DNA from: Spongospora subterranea f. sp. subterranea
Lineage: Eukaryota
NCBI GenBank assembly: GCA_049724395.1
Contig: JAUGWO010000110.1
Span: 1 to 40,155, forward strand
Direction of reading: 5' to 3'
DNA length: 40,155 bases
The notes beneath the pieces are model-generated. The model did not search any database. It saw only the letters and a list, made by a program, of their open reading frames with translations, and was not told the DNA's origin. Made by a program: the position numbers and the translations under genes. Positions 10,500-24,917 of the stretch are shown piece after piece (the first letter of the stretch is position 1; the number at the start of each line of letters is the position of its first letter).

Positions 10500-12030
10500 G
10501 TTTAAACGAAGGGATACGACACGACGCGTCATGGCCACATTCTTTGATGATGGGCGAAACGTTGACATTTTTTATGAATCACATCAACGATTTTATTCGC
10601 CTCAAACGGCTCCCACAAGGTGAGGTTTCGTTGACCGATATGATATCGTGGTTTTCGATCACGATGTTCTCTCATTGTTCAAACTTCAATTTAAAGATCA
10701 CATTGGGCCATTTTAGGTCCAAGGGGGCATCGGTTTTTTCATTGGATCGGTTGCGGTTTATTACTTCAAACCTTAAGGCCTATGATGTAGAACGCCAAAT
10801 AACTGCATGGTGCGGTTCCTGATACATTGTTCAAAAGCCTCCAGATAAACAGTGCGGTCGCGTTGACGTGGCTTTCGCAACGCGTCCGCACTGTTTATCT
10901 GGAGGCTTTTGAGCAATGTATCAGGAACCGCACCATGCAGTTATTTAGCGTTCTAGACCATCTAGTTGTCACCCTTGACGATGAGTTATACGGTACTCGT
11001 GCGAAGGATTATCGAGTAAAGACCCTGGCGTCCAGGAAGGCTGACACCGAGGGTCAGTCGGCGGACGTACTTTGCGATGCCTTCTTCCGATTGCCAATCT
11101 GCATTAGATTTCGGCGACGTCAGAAAGGGCAGTCTAAAAATGTTGTGAAATTGCTGAAGATATTGCAAAACTCCAGAGGGAATAATAGCTCTTCTGGTAT
11201 GGTGTCTGGTGGGAGATCCAGGTTACGGAAGTCTGAAGTTTCTTGAGAAACTCGCTCAGTCAGCGATGGGAGGCATCTTCATGTTGCCTGAACATCTGAA
11301 CAACGCTCATCCGTTTGTCACGCAATCAAGGGCAGGAACTGTTCGTGACCATGGTGAATCGGACACTGGATATTCGACAGCAGAAGATGCATCAATTTAG
11401 ATCAGTGTGAATCAAATCCATCAACTACCACAACTGCGAATGCCAGCAACTTTACGATTGATGATTCACCGGATTGCGGTCTTGTATTTTCAGCCAAGAA
11501 AACAGTTCGACGAAGTTCTGCGCCTTCCAACAAAGCAACAATGCAACTGCTATTCGACAGTATGGGGATAAACACTACAGTAAAGTCATCCGGTTGGCAA
11601 TATTGTCCCAGAAACTGATGACACCACACAGGCAGACCATCGACCGGAGAAACGGCGCCTCAGGTATGTTGCTAAGACCTTCGATGCTGAAAACAAATTC
11701 ATGAAGTGTGCCACTAAGTTGGCGAAAATATTCTGAAGAGCGTACAGAGTTAGAACGAGATCTGAAGCGATTAAGGTGGTGATGTCCGAAAACTGTCAAT
11801 CGAGTCCTGATCTCATTCTGTTAGGCTTAATAAAACCGGCCATGAACCTAATCAAGTGAAAGGTGCTGTCAAATGGTGTGTCCTGTGTGGCGACAGCCAT
11901 AGTCAGGCTCATCGAGGCAGACGAACAAGCTTTGAATGCGAACTCTGTCCCGTTCGCCTGTGGGTACGAGTAGCACTGACTCAACCGGAAGAAAAAGGAT
12001 AGTTGTTTTAGTATCTGGCACAAACAAAGC
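10500..12030 (+). pseudogene. piggyBac-like DDD transposase pseudogene
   Basis: VVTLDDELYGTRA...RKADTEG...LCDA, then GDPGYGSLKFLEKL, and a C-terminal Cys-rich domain WCVLC...RRTSFECELCPVRL...CFSIWH (~11870-12020). Multiple frameshifts; TIRs not found. Confidence 0.75.
10788..10955. repeat. Inverted repeat, 78-bp arms, 12-nt loop, inside the transposase
   Basis: 10788-10865 vs 10878-10955, near-perfect reverse complements. Confidence 0.95.
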
Positions 12031-12789
12031 GTCTTAGAGCATCATCAAGTGTCCAGCAGTAATGCTGAATTGGAAGCTGCTGAGTCAGCAATACCGGTAT
12101 CAACAAAGAATATGAACAATCGTCGAATGAGACGCCGTTCTAGCGAATTCAGATACTCTATAAACAACAAATTCGCTATGATACGCTCCAAAAACAATCA
12201 CTTTTGACTCACTTTGCTATGAGACGAATGCGACACTATAATCATTTTGATAGGAGAAAAACATGAAGAAACTGCGGGACTTCATTCCACATTTTTTCAT
12301 TAAATACACGAGTAACAATCATGAGTCAATTTTTTCAACAAACTTCTGGTACATGTGTTTTCGCCAACCTTTTATCAATGCCACATATGGTGTCGCCAAG
12401 AAAGGACCGCCGCAAATACCGCGCAAAATGTTTTGCCCAACCTTGTGGTGCCCGGCTCTGCTCAACTCAACAAGATTTCCTTTGCACCTGGGTTTACACC
12501 CACCGTTCACAAAGGATTGAAGCTGATGTAATACACTGTTCGATATTCGAAACCTCATCATCAATGCACTAAGGAATAAAAAAAGGATTTCGGGAGGCCT
12601 CAAGCAGACATAACTTAACTTTTTACATTTGATTGTTTCTGATTTCTTGCCCCAGCGATACTATTATGGCGCTGAGGCATTGACACAACTTGCTTCAATC
12701 AAAATCGGCGCGCCAAATCGGTTTGCGCTGGATTTGTTTCCAGGCCAAGACTATCAGGATTGTGAAGTGGATTACCATCTCCAATTTAC

Positions 12790-15577
12790 TCAACACCAAC
12801 AAGGAACACACAAGTTAAAGTCAGGTACTTGATTGAAAACGGACAGATTGGTTTGGAAATGTCAGGGAACTTCTACTGGTATTCAGCAAATAGGGTCATT
12901 TGGCCAATGGCATTCGAATAGATCTCTCAGACCAATGATATTTCGGCCGTTTGGCATTGTCCCTGATACCAAACGGTTTTCATTCATCATGGGACGCGCA
13001 AGTCTGGAATATGAGTCGTGTTCTAACAGATGATAACGGGCCGACTCCATCTTGTGATAATGGCCGACTCCATCTTGTGATAATGGCCGACTCCATCTTG
13101 TGATAATGGCCGACTCCATCTTATCCAAAGTTGACCACGGAACATGATTCATTCTGATATTGACTACTCAGAAATATGATGAACGGGGGAACTCCATCGT
13201 TTAGTGATCGTATTGCCGCCCTGCCACGATTGATAATTACCGACGACATGTTCGATGAGAGAATGATAATGATGAAGAGTCGTCATCCTCCTCCAATTAG
13301 ACGGTCGTCATTGCGATCGAGTCATTCCCCTAATCATTTCTTCCCTTCAAGACGGTGGCGCACCACAACACCGTTCCCTCTCCCCACTATTGGTGAAGAA
13401 ACTGACAAAACAAACAATAAACACAGCAGGTTATGAGATAAGTCTGGATAAAGATGACTTGACAATGGCGATCGCCACTTTGAATGAATGAGATATCGAC
13501 AATGGTGATGTGATTCATTGAAATACTGGTAATGCGAACAGGAAACCGCATAGCTGTTGACCAATGAGCATTACCATCAGCAAAACTGGATTGAACCAGC
13601 CAAGAATTGTTGAAGGTCCCTCATGTTCCGAACTTGGAGCCGCCAGGCGATTTCCGCGGGTCCAAGTGTTGGAAAGACGCAAAGATTCGAACAACAGAGA
13701 GAGGTCTCAACCTTTTATCCGATAACTTATCTCGCGCTCGTTTTGAAGATAATTTTTATTAAAAAGGGCGTTTAGCATTGGTCTTCACGATCATAGATAG
13801 CCACATTTTATTGTTTGTATTGTCAGCGGTCTCCTCGCAGTTGTGAAGCTCAATTTCTTCAAGAATAGGAGAGAGAGGGACCGGTGTTGTGATCTAATCA
13901 AAATCAACACCAACAAGGTCCACACCAGGTACTTCATTGAAAACGAACAGATTGGTTTCGAATGTCAGGGAACATCAACTGGTATTCAGCAAATAGTTTC
14001 ATTTGGCCCATGGTACTCGCAGAGAATCTCCCAGGACAATGATATTTCTGCGGTTTGGCATTGTCCCTGATACCTAACGGTTTTCATTCATCATGGGACG
14101 CGCAAGTCTGGAATATGAGTCGTGTTCTAACAGATGATAACAGGCCGACTCCATCTTGTGATAACAGGCCGACTCCATCCGAGAATGGCCGACTCCATCT
14201 TGTGATTGTGATAATGGCCGACTCCATCTTGTGATAATGGCCGACTCCATCTTGTGATAATGACCGACTCCATTTTGTCCACCGTTGACTACGGAATAGG
14301 ATTCATTCTGATATTGACTACTCAGAAATATGATGAACGGGGGAACTCCATCGTTTAGTGATCGTATTGCCGCCCTGCCATGATTGATAATTACCCACGA
14401 CATGTTCGATGAGAGAATGATATTGATGAAGAGTCGTTATCCTCCTCCAATAAGACGATCGTTATCCCGATCGAGGTTGTTATCTGGACCCCATTTCCTT
14501 AATCATTTCTTCCCTCCAAGACGTTTCCGCTGATAATACAAACAATAAAATGTGGCTATCTATGATCGTGAAGACCAATGCTAAACGCCCCTTGAAAGGT
14601 ATCTTCAACGGGCGCGGGATAAGTTATCGGATAAGAGGCTGAGAGACCTCTCTCTGTTGTTCCAATCTTTGATCCGCCTTTCGACCTGCGGAAATCTCCT
14701 GGCGGCTCCAAGTTCGGAACATGAGGGACCTTCAACAATTCTTGGCTTGGTTCAATCCAGTTGTGCTGATGGTAATGCTCATTGGTCAACACCTATGCGG
14801 TTTCCTGTTCGCATTACCAGTATTTCAATGAATCACATCACCATTGTCGATATCTCATTCATTCAAAGTGGCGATCGCCATGGTCAAGTCATCTTTATCC
14901 AGACTCATCTCATACACTGCTGTGTTTATTGTTTGTATTGTCAGTTTCTTCACCAATAGTGGAGAGAGGGAACGGTGTTGTGGTGCGCCACCGTCTTGAA
15001 GGGAAGAGATGATTAGGGGAATGACTCGATTGGAATGACGACCGTCTAAATGGAGGAGGATGACGACTCTTCATCATTATCATTCTCTCATCGAACATGT
15101 CGTCGGTAATTATCAATCGTGGCAGGGCGGCAATACGATCACTAAACGATGGAGTTCCCCCGTTCATCATATTTCTGAGTAGTCAATATCAGAATGAATC
15201 ATGTTCCGTGGTCAATTTTGGATAAGATGGAGTCGGCCATTATCACAAGATGGAGTCGGCCATTATCACAAGATGGAGTCGGCCATTATCACAAGATGGA
15301 GTCGGCCATTATCACAAGATGGAGTCGGCCATTATCACAAGATGGTGTCGGCCATTATCACAAGATGGAGTCGGCCATTATCACAAGATGGAGTCGGCCA
15401 TTATCACAAGATGGAGTCGGCCATTATTACAAGATGGAGTCGGCCATTATCACAAGATGGAGTCGGCCATTATCACTAGCCATTATCACAAGATGGAGTC
15501 GGCCATTATCACAAGATGTAGTCGGCCATTATCACAAGATGGAGTGGGTCATTATCATCTGTTAGAACACGACTCAA
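12790..15577. repeat. Compound direct + inverted duplication containing 23-bp arrays
   Basis: 13012-13830 is inverted at 14527-15577; the spacer (~13900-14520) is a direct copy of ~12790-13350. Mirror-image ORFs 13176..13436(+) and 14910..15170(-). Confidence 0.9.
15223..15560. repeat. 23-bp tandem array (GGAGTCGGCCATTATCACAAGAT, about 14 copies); opposite-strand arrays at 13030-13123 and 14134-14275
   Basis: Head-to-tail unit with no unique spacers. Confidence 0.95.
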
Positions 15578-15854
15578 CTTCCATAGTCGGGTTGGGCAGG
15601 ATGGAGTCGGCGGTTATCACAAGATGGAATCAACCGTCATCAGTTGTTTAACCCGACTCGTATTCCATAGTCGGGTTGAAAAAGACGGAGTTGGCCGTTG
15701 TCTTCTGGTGAACACGACTCGTGAATCATGATTGGCGTCCCCCGAATAGATATCATGAGCCCTCTGGTCATCGGGCAGAGTCTCGTTCATGTTCCTATCT
15801 ATTAAACGTGTAAGTCCTCAAACATCACCACAAGCCGTTTACCGTCTCGCAATG

Positions 15855-16014
15855 AACTCTGACCAATTCACTGAGAATGCCAGTTCAGTTTCATTGTGCG
15901 AATATTGATTGATTCAGCGAGAAACAATTTGACCAGAAATGGCTTCATGGCACTGCGGTTTTAAGCATTTGCACAGTAAAATTGAACTGGCATCTTAACC
16001 AATTGGTCAGAATT
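15855..16014. repeat. Degenerate ~50-bp inverted repeat (MITE-like hairpin)
   Basis: TCTGACCAATT...ATGCCAGTTCA...TGTGC vs GCACA...TGAACTGGCAT...AATTGGTCAGA. Confidence 0.7.
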
Positions 16015-18439
16015 AACGGCGATGCGATGGACGAATGGACGATGTTTCACACCAATCTAAAGCAACAGACGACCTAGAGTGTTTGGTTTAAACGGCTCTG
16101 TACTTTGAAGACAATCGACAACGTCGTTTCCTGAACTTACAGGATCATCCTATGACATATATTGCTTTAGACCACGATTGTTCGGAGCCATTACAATCTT
16201 GGCTTTCCTGATCTGGAACGATTTACCATCCCCCAATTGTATTGTGAACTTGGAGTTGTCCTTCATCGATATCGCACTCATTGAGAAAAAGAAATAGGAG
16301 CGCGTCAGAGCATATATTTGGAATCGCCGCGCAATGAAACAATTTCTGGTCTCCCGTTTTCTCACTGGATAATCGGAATTTGCTGAGTCGAATTGGACTG
16401 CCATTCGGCACGCCGATCGATACCAAGTTCTTTATCGTTTTCTCAGAAAGCCTGCTCGTCGACCGCATGAATCTGTATAGCAATATCGGCGTTTGCAACA
16501 CCGACTGTGTTTTTACGGCATAGTTCAGTTGATCAGACAGAATGATACGGTTCCTCAACGTCAACCCAGCCGTTCATTTTTTTTGGAAGACTCTTCAGGG
16601 GTTGGGAACACCCAATGGCATTCAAGCTAATGGAAACATTTAAATCATCTCTGAGAATTGTATATTATTTGCTGCCCACGCCAGTTTCTGATGAGGAGAT
16701 CTATCGCGTCGCCTTCAGGAATGTGTATCAAGATCTCAATGTCATCGTTGACCTGTCCACCAAAAGTACCGTCAATTATCATTTGTTCAGCTTTGGTTGG
16801 ATTCATCGAAACTCTGGTTAGAGCAGGTTACAACACCCACCCCCCGATATTGGCATTAACGGTCCGTCTCATTAGGTGCCATCTTTCAATCGCAAGTCTT
16901 CCACTTCAACTAAGAATAGCAGAATGTGTTCTCGTCGATTTCATAATTGCACGTGCGACGATGGGTCATTCCTGTATTTTTCATTGAATTAAGCTGTAAC
17001 GGACGTATGGTCATCGAGATTCATGGGTAATCGGCCCGATGGTTTTATATTATCCGACGAAGTTGCTTTCCCTGTCTGCCTACTGAGGAACGCAGCGTAC
17101 GATGAGACGCTGGATCCTGCGTTAAAAGCATAGGTTCGCTTTCGCGAGATTAGTTTAGATCCAGCCGCTCCCGATCCAACCTCTTAAATCGTCAGGCCTT
17201 GTCTGAACAATTATGGGACCCATGTGCACAGTCCGCAGAATTATTGTCAAACCTGAACAGCAGGCACTGTCCTCAGACGCGCAACCCTGCCGCTGTCGTC
17301 GACCCTGGCCACCTCGCCGCGATGTCAGAATGCGCTTGTCAAACTCAGTTCCATCTGGGAACAGCTCCTGGATTGCCCACCGCGTTCAATGCATTGTCAA
17401 ATAGTGGGGCGTTCGCATTCAAATTGGCTTTGAAAAAGCGATGGGATTATAGTAGTCCTCGATAATTGCTCTTTGGTAATTCCATAAGTTTTTGTCGTCA
17501 TTTGTGGCCATTTCGTGATTGGAGGCCTTTTTTATCATCATAGTCCATGCTTATTAACCATAACATCGTCCATTGGAGAACACTTGTCTGGGAATCGCAG
17601 GAAATTCCCATCGTAATCCTACCATGCGACTGACATCGCGGCGCCCGATCCCACAATCGCTAGCGACCGGTTCCCCATTGTTGCGCTCGATCTGCCGCCT
17701 CCAGATGTGTCTGATTAGTCGCCAGCTGAGGGGAGCGTGACGTTTCTGAGACTGAATGATTCGCAGATGACTCTCGCCCCATTTTGTCGTTCATTAGAAT
17801 CGATTTTTGATCGTGCAATCTCTACGGTGGCAAAATACACATGCGGGTTATCATATAGTCCGAAATCTTAGTTAGTCACCCTAAAGTTGGGCGACATCTG
17901 TCAACCTGAGAAGCTCCTAGAAGTTTCCAGAATGATGCTCTATAGTACCGAAAAATTGAATCGCAATAGTTTCTGTATCGTTACGTTGTTAAAGTGGTCC
18001 ATATCGCAACATTGCCTGCGTTCTACGAAATTGCAGATGAAATCTCAAGCGCTGCACAGACCAAAAATTGAGCGGTTGCCCCAAAATTGCACAGTTCACA
18101 GAGGCTCAGAAGGTGCTGGCAGGGACGCGTCGTTCGTGTATCTCCTTTGTCGGTACAAATAGAAGGATATTTTACTGTTCGCTTGCTCGCTGAAGTTGGC
18201 ATGAACAGCCCAGTTCCTGATATCCCTGTTGTCAACTACACACTCGATCGACATTATTTCGATGAGATTGGTGGAGTGATCAAACTTGTGCTATTGGAAT
18301 CAACCCATAGTGTACTCTGTATGAAAAAGAACAATATTTGAATGTAATGACACTTGCTACCTTTGCGTCCAAACATGCAGGAGCTGTAAATTCTTTCCTT
18401 CAGAATAGGTATGTTTTTTGAAAGAAAAAAGAAAACCAA

Positions 18440-18512
18440 TGTCCAAAGCCAGTCTCGAACTGGCGACCTCGTGTGTGTTAGACACGTGTGATAACCCCTA
18501 CACCATTCGGAC
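18440..18512 (-). tRNA. trnV-AAC: tRNA-Val (AAC)
   Basis: Acceptor stem GTCCGAA/TTTGGAC+A, anticodon arm CGTGT-CTAACAC-ACACG, T arm GCCAG-TTCGAGA-CTGGC, downstream T-runs as Pol III terminator; no encoded CCA. Confidence 0.97.
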
Positions 18513-18829
18513 AATCCACATGCTCGATTTTAGAAACTACTCTACTGATCGCATTCCAGTCACTTCGATGAAGTTACCCGTCTGTCACCATTTTCGGGTT
18601 GCTGTAGCCGATGTTGATGATGCGCCATAGGCCCAGTGAATATGCAAAAATAGAACGCACTTCTGTTGCACTTCCAGTGAGGTGCACCTACTTTACCGGC
18701 TGTGTACATAAGTACATACACCTGGGTCAATGATGCCACTGTAATGGCCACACTGGCACAAAACGGCCTTCACTTCAACATTATCGGTATCTGGGGCGGT
18801 TCAACCCGTTGTGTTTTTTCGACCGGCTC

Positions 18830-20080
18830 ATGTCGGAAACACGCCTGAATGTGTTTCCGTCGCGAATGGCCCTGCAAAACATGAAGGCTAAGCTGATTGG
18901 CGCCAAACGTGGATACGAATTGCTCAAGAAAAAATCCGATGCGCTCAAGACGAAAATCAGGACCATCACAAAAAAGATTTTCGAAGTCCGTTTAATTGCA
19001 CAAATAAATCTCAGTCTGTTATCTTTCTTGGCAGTTGTTTTATCAAAGCGTTTTAAACATCGCCCAATTAGTTTAATCCGCGTTAGTATATTTCTGATTT
19101 ATTTTCGTTTACCCGTTGGTCGATTCTGTCTATGGACTTCTATTTTCATTGGGAGTTTTTGCAGAAATTAATATGTCCACTCGATATTTTTGCAGACGAA
19201 ACAGTCCATCGGAGAGGATATGAAAGCGGCGACGTTTTCGCATACAGAAGCGACATGGGCTGCCGGTGATTTCAAGTTAGTTTCTGAATACGTTTTGCAT
19301 CGTTTTAGCCATTGAATTTTTGCAGCAACAAAGTTATTTCATCTGTCGAAACCGCGTCCTTGAAAGTCAAAGTTACGATTGAGAATATTGCTGGCGTGAA
19401 AATTCCGACTTTCGCGCCTTCCAAACTGGATGCTGATGACGGGATTGTTGGCCTGTCAAAGGGCGGCCGGCAAATCACCAAATGTCGCGATGTCTTTACA
19501 AAAGTTTTGGACAAATTGATCGTTTTGGCGTCGTTACAGGTTGGATGTGTGCCGTCAATTCTCCATTTTTCTTGTGTATCTCTTAATGGTTTTTAGACGT
19601 CTTTGAAGTTGGTCGATTCCGCTCTTCAGGTGACCAACCGGCGTGTCAACGCCTTGAACTTTGTCGTGATACCAAAACTCGAAAATACCGTTGCGTATAT
19701 TCTTAGCGAACTTGACGTATGTTTTCATCAGCTTTAAGCGTCTGTTCCTAAACCTGATCTCTCTCCAGGAACTCGAGCGTGAAGAATTTTATAGGTTCAA
19801 AATCAGTGCTATCCGAATGCATCCCAACGTTTTCCTGAACCTTTCTGGTTAGGTTAAAGATGGTGAAGGCGTTCAAAGTTCAGGAACAGGAACAGGCTGA
19901 TAAACAGAGGGAGTCGGCATATGCAATCCCTAGTTAGTGCTATCTTGGGATCTTGTCATGAGTTAATTGATCACAGTGAAATCAAACAAATCTGTCGGCG
20001 CACCGCCAGACGAGAACAACCTGCTCGTGGCTGTTCCGGATCCGGATATGATCATCACAAACCTCGCCGATTTCCAATAA
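18830..20080 (+). CDS. ATP6V1D: V-type proton ATPase subunit D (7 exons)
   Basis: RLNVFPSRMALQNMKAKLIGAKRGYELLKKKSDAL, ENIAGVKIP, LASLQTS, TNRRVNAL, SELDELEREEFYRLK. Introns 18986-19195, 19276-19325, 19540-19596, 19717-19768, 19795-19852, 19933-19976. Confidence 0.97.
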
Positions 20081-20606
20081 CGCGTTCGTATTGCTCTGAT
20101 AAACTATAGACTTTTTATTTTATTTGAAAATCATTTGCGATCGTGCTCATCAGTTTCAGGAATTGCTAATCAACAGCCTGGGTTGTCTTTTATCCCGCTG
20201 CTACATCACGCTGTTGGTTTCAGAAATTTACATCTCGAAAAACACACTTCGTATTGCCAACGTCTGCTACATTCCTTGGCAATGCTTTTCGGCTATGACC
20301 AAGACGGAAGTAATTGTCAGCTGATGCTAAAGTTTCCCGTTGTTTTTTTTTGCCGCAGCTGATGTTTGTCCGGCAGATCTGAAGGTTTCTTCATTGAGCT
20401 TTAAACGTTCCGATATTAATTTCGATGGCCCAACGTTGTTTCACCGGCCGACCACGACTGACATCATTTCAGTTGCCTTGAATTGTTCATCGGCCGAGCT
20501 CCGAGTGACCGATGATTGAAAATGGCCGAATGCTATCGGCACAGATCGATTGTTGCATTGGTCTGATTCGCTAAGCGTGTGCAACGGCCGTAATTAATCA
20601 CCCACG

Positions 20607-21347
20607 ATGCCTCCTTCCGATCTGCCTGAGTTCTCGTTTGAAGAATTGGCCGCTACCTTCGGGGCGGATATCATGTCTCCGACGTTCAACCGCATCTGTT
20701 CTGGCCTTTCGTTCACTGGAGTCGATCCGATCAGCGCAGCCGGCATGTTTCCAAACGTAAACCTAACCTGTTGCAAACACCCATGCTCAGGGTTGGGTTC
20801 CCATGACTTGTCGTCGAAGCCGCAGCCGGTCCTCCCCCGTGAACTTCTACAAGAAATCTATAACATCGACATCGAGACATTGGATCTGATGAAAACTCTG
20901 AGCGAGGCTTCTCCGCCAGAAAACATCCAGCAGCCGGAGGCGGTTCCAGAGCCAATCCAAGCTGGTTTGTCCGATCTGTTTCCGTTCCCGGACCTGCCAT
21001 TGATCGAGCCCGAAATTCTGGAGCCAATTGAAGTCAGTATAGACAAACGACAAAAACCTACACCACCGCCCTTGGCACAGGACATCAGACCGGTGGCAAC
21101 GGAGCCCCAAACGCGAACCACAACGACCTTCGAGCAACGCATATCGACCAATCCGCGTTACAAGACGAAGGTGGCATGTGAAAATTGCGCCCGATTCAAG
21201 CTGGCGTGTGACGCAAACAGGCCCTGTAGCCGTTGTTCGAGCAAGAACCGCATATGCATCGACCGTGAACATCGACGTCGCAAAACGACGGAACGACCTC
21301 GTAAACGTTCGCACACGGACATGGTGGATGGATTCTACTATGCTTGA
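20607..21347 (+). CDS. Zn(II)2Cys6 binuclear cluster transcription factor (C-terminal cluster)
   Basis: 246-aa intronless ORF; ACENCARFKLACDANRPCSRCSSKNRIC = C-x2-C-x6-C-x5-C-x2-C-x6-C; basic tail; acidic/Pro-rich N-terminus. Confidence 0.9.
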   Translation: MPPSDLPEFSFEELAATFGADIMSPTFNRICSGLSFTGVDPISAAGMFPNVNLTCCKHPCSGLGSHDLSSKPQPVLPRELLQEIYNIDIETLDLMKTLSEASPPENIQQPEAVPEPIQAGLSDLFPFPDLPLIEPEILEPIEVSIDKRQKPTPPPLAQDIRPVATEPQTRTTTTFEQRISTNPRYKTKVACENCARFKLACDANRPCSRCSSKNRICIDREHRRRKTTERPRKRSHTDMVDGFYYA

Positions 21348-22602
21348 TTGGACACTCAGTACTACCAGGAATCCCTGTTAGTGATCTTTGCAGCCGAAAA
21401 AATGGCTGCACAATAAACTCTTTTTGAAGTGTCAGAAACGCTCAGTGTTCAACAACAGTAGGCAACGTGGGTAGAAATGGATTCATCAAATAACAAAATC
21501 CACTCACCGAGGTATGATCGTTGACTCCCAAACAAACTTGGACCAACCGCAAATGATTCTGATCCGCGTCGGCTTAAGTTTTTAAAACAATTAAAATAGA
21601 AATGCCTAATTTTAAAAATCTATTTTTGTTAAAAATAATGAAAAAAATTCCATATTTTAACATTTAAAAGTTCTGTTGGGCAACGTGATGACATTGGGGA
21701 GAAGGTATCGCAAGACAGCCGATGGGTAAATGTTATCGGGTGTGTTGATAGTGGGACCGGTCATTCATCTCTTCCTCGTGGGGCGCCAATTTACGTCGAC
21801 TATTGCGTCACGTTCGTGAACATCAATTGTCGATTTCGGTTGCAATCGGTCTTCCACTGGGTGTAAGGCATCAAAACTAGTTTCGTCGGCGGGAAACCAT
21901 GCACGGTCATGTTTTCGTGAACTCGGGCAATACGACCCCGGTAATATCCGTCGAATGGCACATCTTCGTGGCTTCTACCCTGGTACAAGACGACCAGCAA
22001 CATACCATTTTTCGGGGCGTGCACCTCCCGCCCAGTGCCACGTCAAACCGCACGGACGTCGGGACTTGTTGCGAAAGCAATTGCGATTGGCGCCGATCAT
22101 CCAAGCTGATGGCCATTCAGGTTCCACGTGATCGTGATGAGAAGCAGCGTGAAGTCGAAAGAGATGAAACGAGCCACATTTAAACCTGCGTGGCCATCAG
22201 CTTGTTGACGATGAAGCCATTTCTAACCATCATTGCGACGTGGCCTGTTCGACTCCGGGTTCATGATCCTGAGCATTGACCTTTAACAACGTTCTCCGAT
22301 TCTTTTTAGAGAAGAACGGATTGTAGTTTGTGGACCCTGTTTTCCAACAATGAAGCACAATAATCTGAATATGTACATCCACTGCCATGATACCCCTTTC
22401 CAAAGTTGATTCCACTTTTTTCGTTTTCGCGGCGAGTCGGCGAGGATTGTCGCCAATCCAGTCGCGTCACTACGTTACAATCATCCACAGTAGGTGTGTG
22501 ATTGACAGGAACTACGCGCAACGCTAAACTCGGTCACACTGCGATCCAAGTGGAAACGTGACAACTGCCATATATCAGCGATGGGAAAACAATGGAATGT
22601 GA

Positions 22603-23639
<1,037 letters not shown>

Positions 23640-24917
23640 TTTTGCCTCGCAAATTGTTAGCAATGATGATTCTTAATACACTGAAATCTAATACACAGTT
23701 TTGCCGAAGATTTATTTACAGGTTCGACTTTTGTTTTTGCTTCTTTTGTGGAAATTCAATTCAAATGCGTAGTTTACGAGTTATGACGGTAAAGTACAAA
23801 GTTGGCCCAAGAAGACGTTGGATAGCGGCTCATGCCATAAAAATCTGCTTATCTGAATTGACTTGGCGACATTGAATGAGTGAAGATCGTGAGGCGAACA
23901 TAACCCCAAACCGTATCGCTGAAAAAGGTTGGGTGGACTAGAATCTGTGTGAAACCAGCATTGAAATGGCTATCGCTGCTCAAGAATCACCTTTTTGGGA
24001 AAGAGATGATCAGCGATAGTATTGAAATAAACCAGAGAGAAGGCCGAATTGCAGATGGCGGTCGTTATCGATCACTGATTTGCCGACAAGTGATAAAAAA
24101 GGTGTAAAATAGCAGATTGTGCGGGTGAAAAAGAGCTAATGAAGATTTTGAGGAACTGACCCGAACCGTGATGGCATTGCAAGGCATTGACCAATTTTTG
24201 ATTGAATTTTTCGATAAAAAGGTAAATTCCTAAAGTCGGAAATTCAGGGTGGTCCAACTATGCTCTCTCAACCTCAAACAGCATCATGGAAATGGAGAGG
24301 GGAATAAAAACGGCTCAACGGTATGTTTTCGAGATCATGTCGACCATTCATTTGCGCATGAAACGGGCGAAAAGTCGAACTGGTCATCATGTTTTGGGGA
24401 AGATTTAAGCAATATCATTCAGGATTTGGATGGCAAAACAACCAAGTCAACGGTACTATCTGGAATGTGTCAGAAGCGTCTTAAAGGTTCGTTGTGAGTT
24501 TGGTATTGACCGACGATGAGGCCTATGGAACTGGCGCCGGATCCAGGTTGACAGTTCCGTTCACCGTTGTTTTCTCAATTGATATCCTGAATCTATCTAG
24601 GATTCGGCCGCGCTTCAACTTTGAGTTGTTCATGCAAACTCGTTGGCAAATCCAACTCTAACGTCCCTCGATGGTCTTTCAGAATTCCCAGTCTGTCAGA
24701 TCTTTCGTTCCGAAAACAGCCAAGGTCTGACCCCATTTAAAAATCATACATTTGGGGTTTTGTATTACACAATTCTTCACATCCCGCCCTCATCGCGTTC
24801 AGCCCCAGCCTTCGCCATCTCGCTTCGAAGTCACATCGTCAACGGCGTTGAACCACATCAGGTGTTGGTTCCCGATTTAAGTTCATGGCGCTTCGAAAAA
24901 AACTCCAATGAAACCCG

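Noticed and set aside
9497..12620. TTAA-flanked TIRs for the piggyBac-like element
   Set aside because: TTAA occurs near both ends but no matching inverted termini were found by eye.
15223..15560. CRISPR-like array (also 3630-3780 and 31192-32160)
   Set aside because: Units are head-to-tail with no unique spacers, no cas genes are present, and the DNA is eukaryotic.
15194..15651. ORFs with repeating MESAIITRWSRPLSQDGVGHYHK
   Set aside because: By-product of a stop-free 23-bp repeat read through all three frames.
21800..22560. Possible spliced minus-strand gene between the Zn-cluster gene and Rab7
   Set aside because: Could not build a consistent exon chain or recognise a domain.
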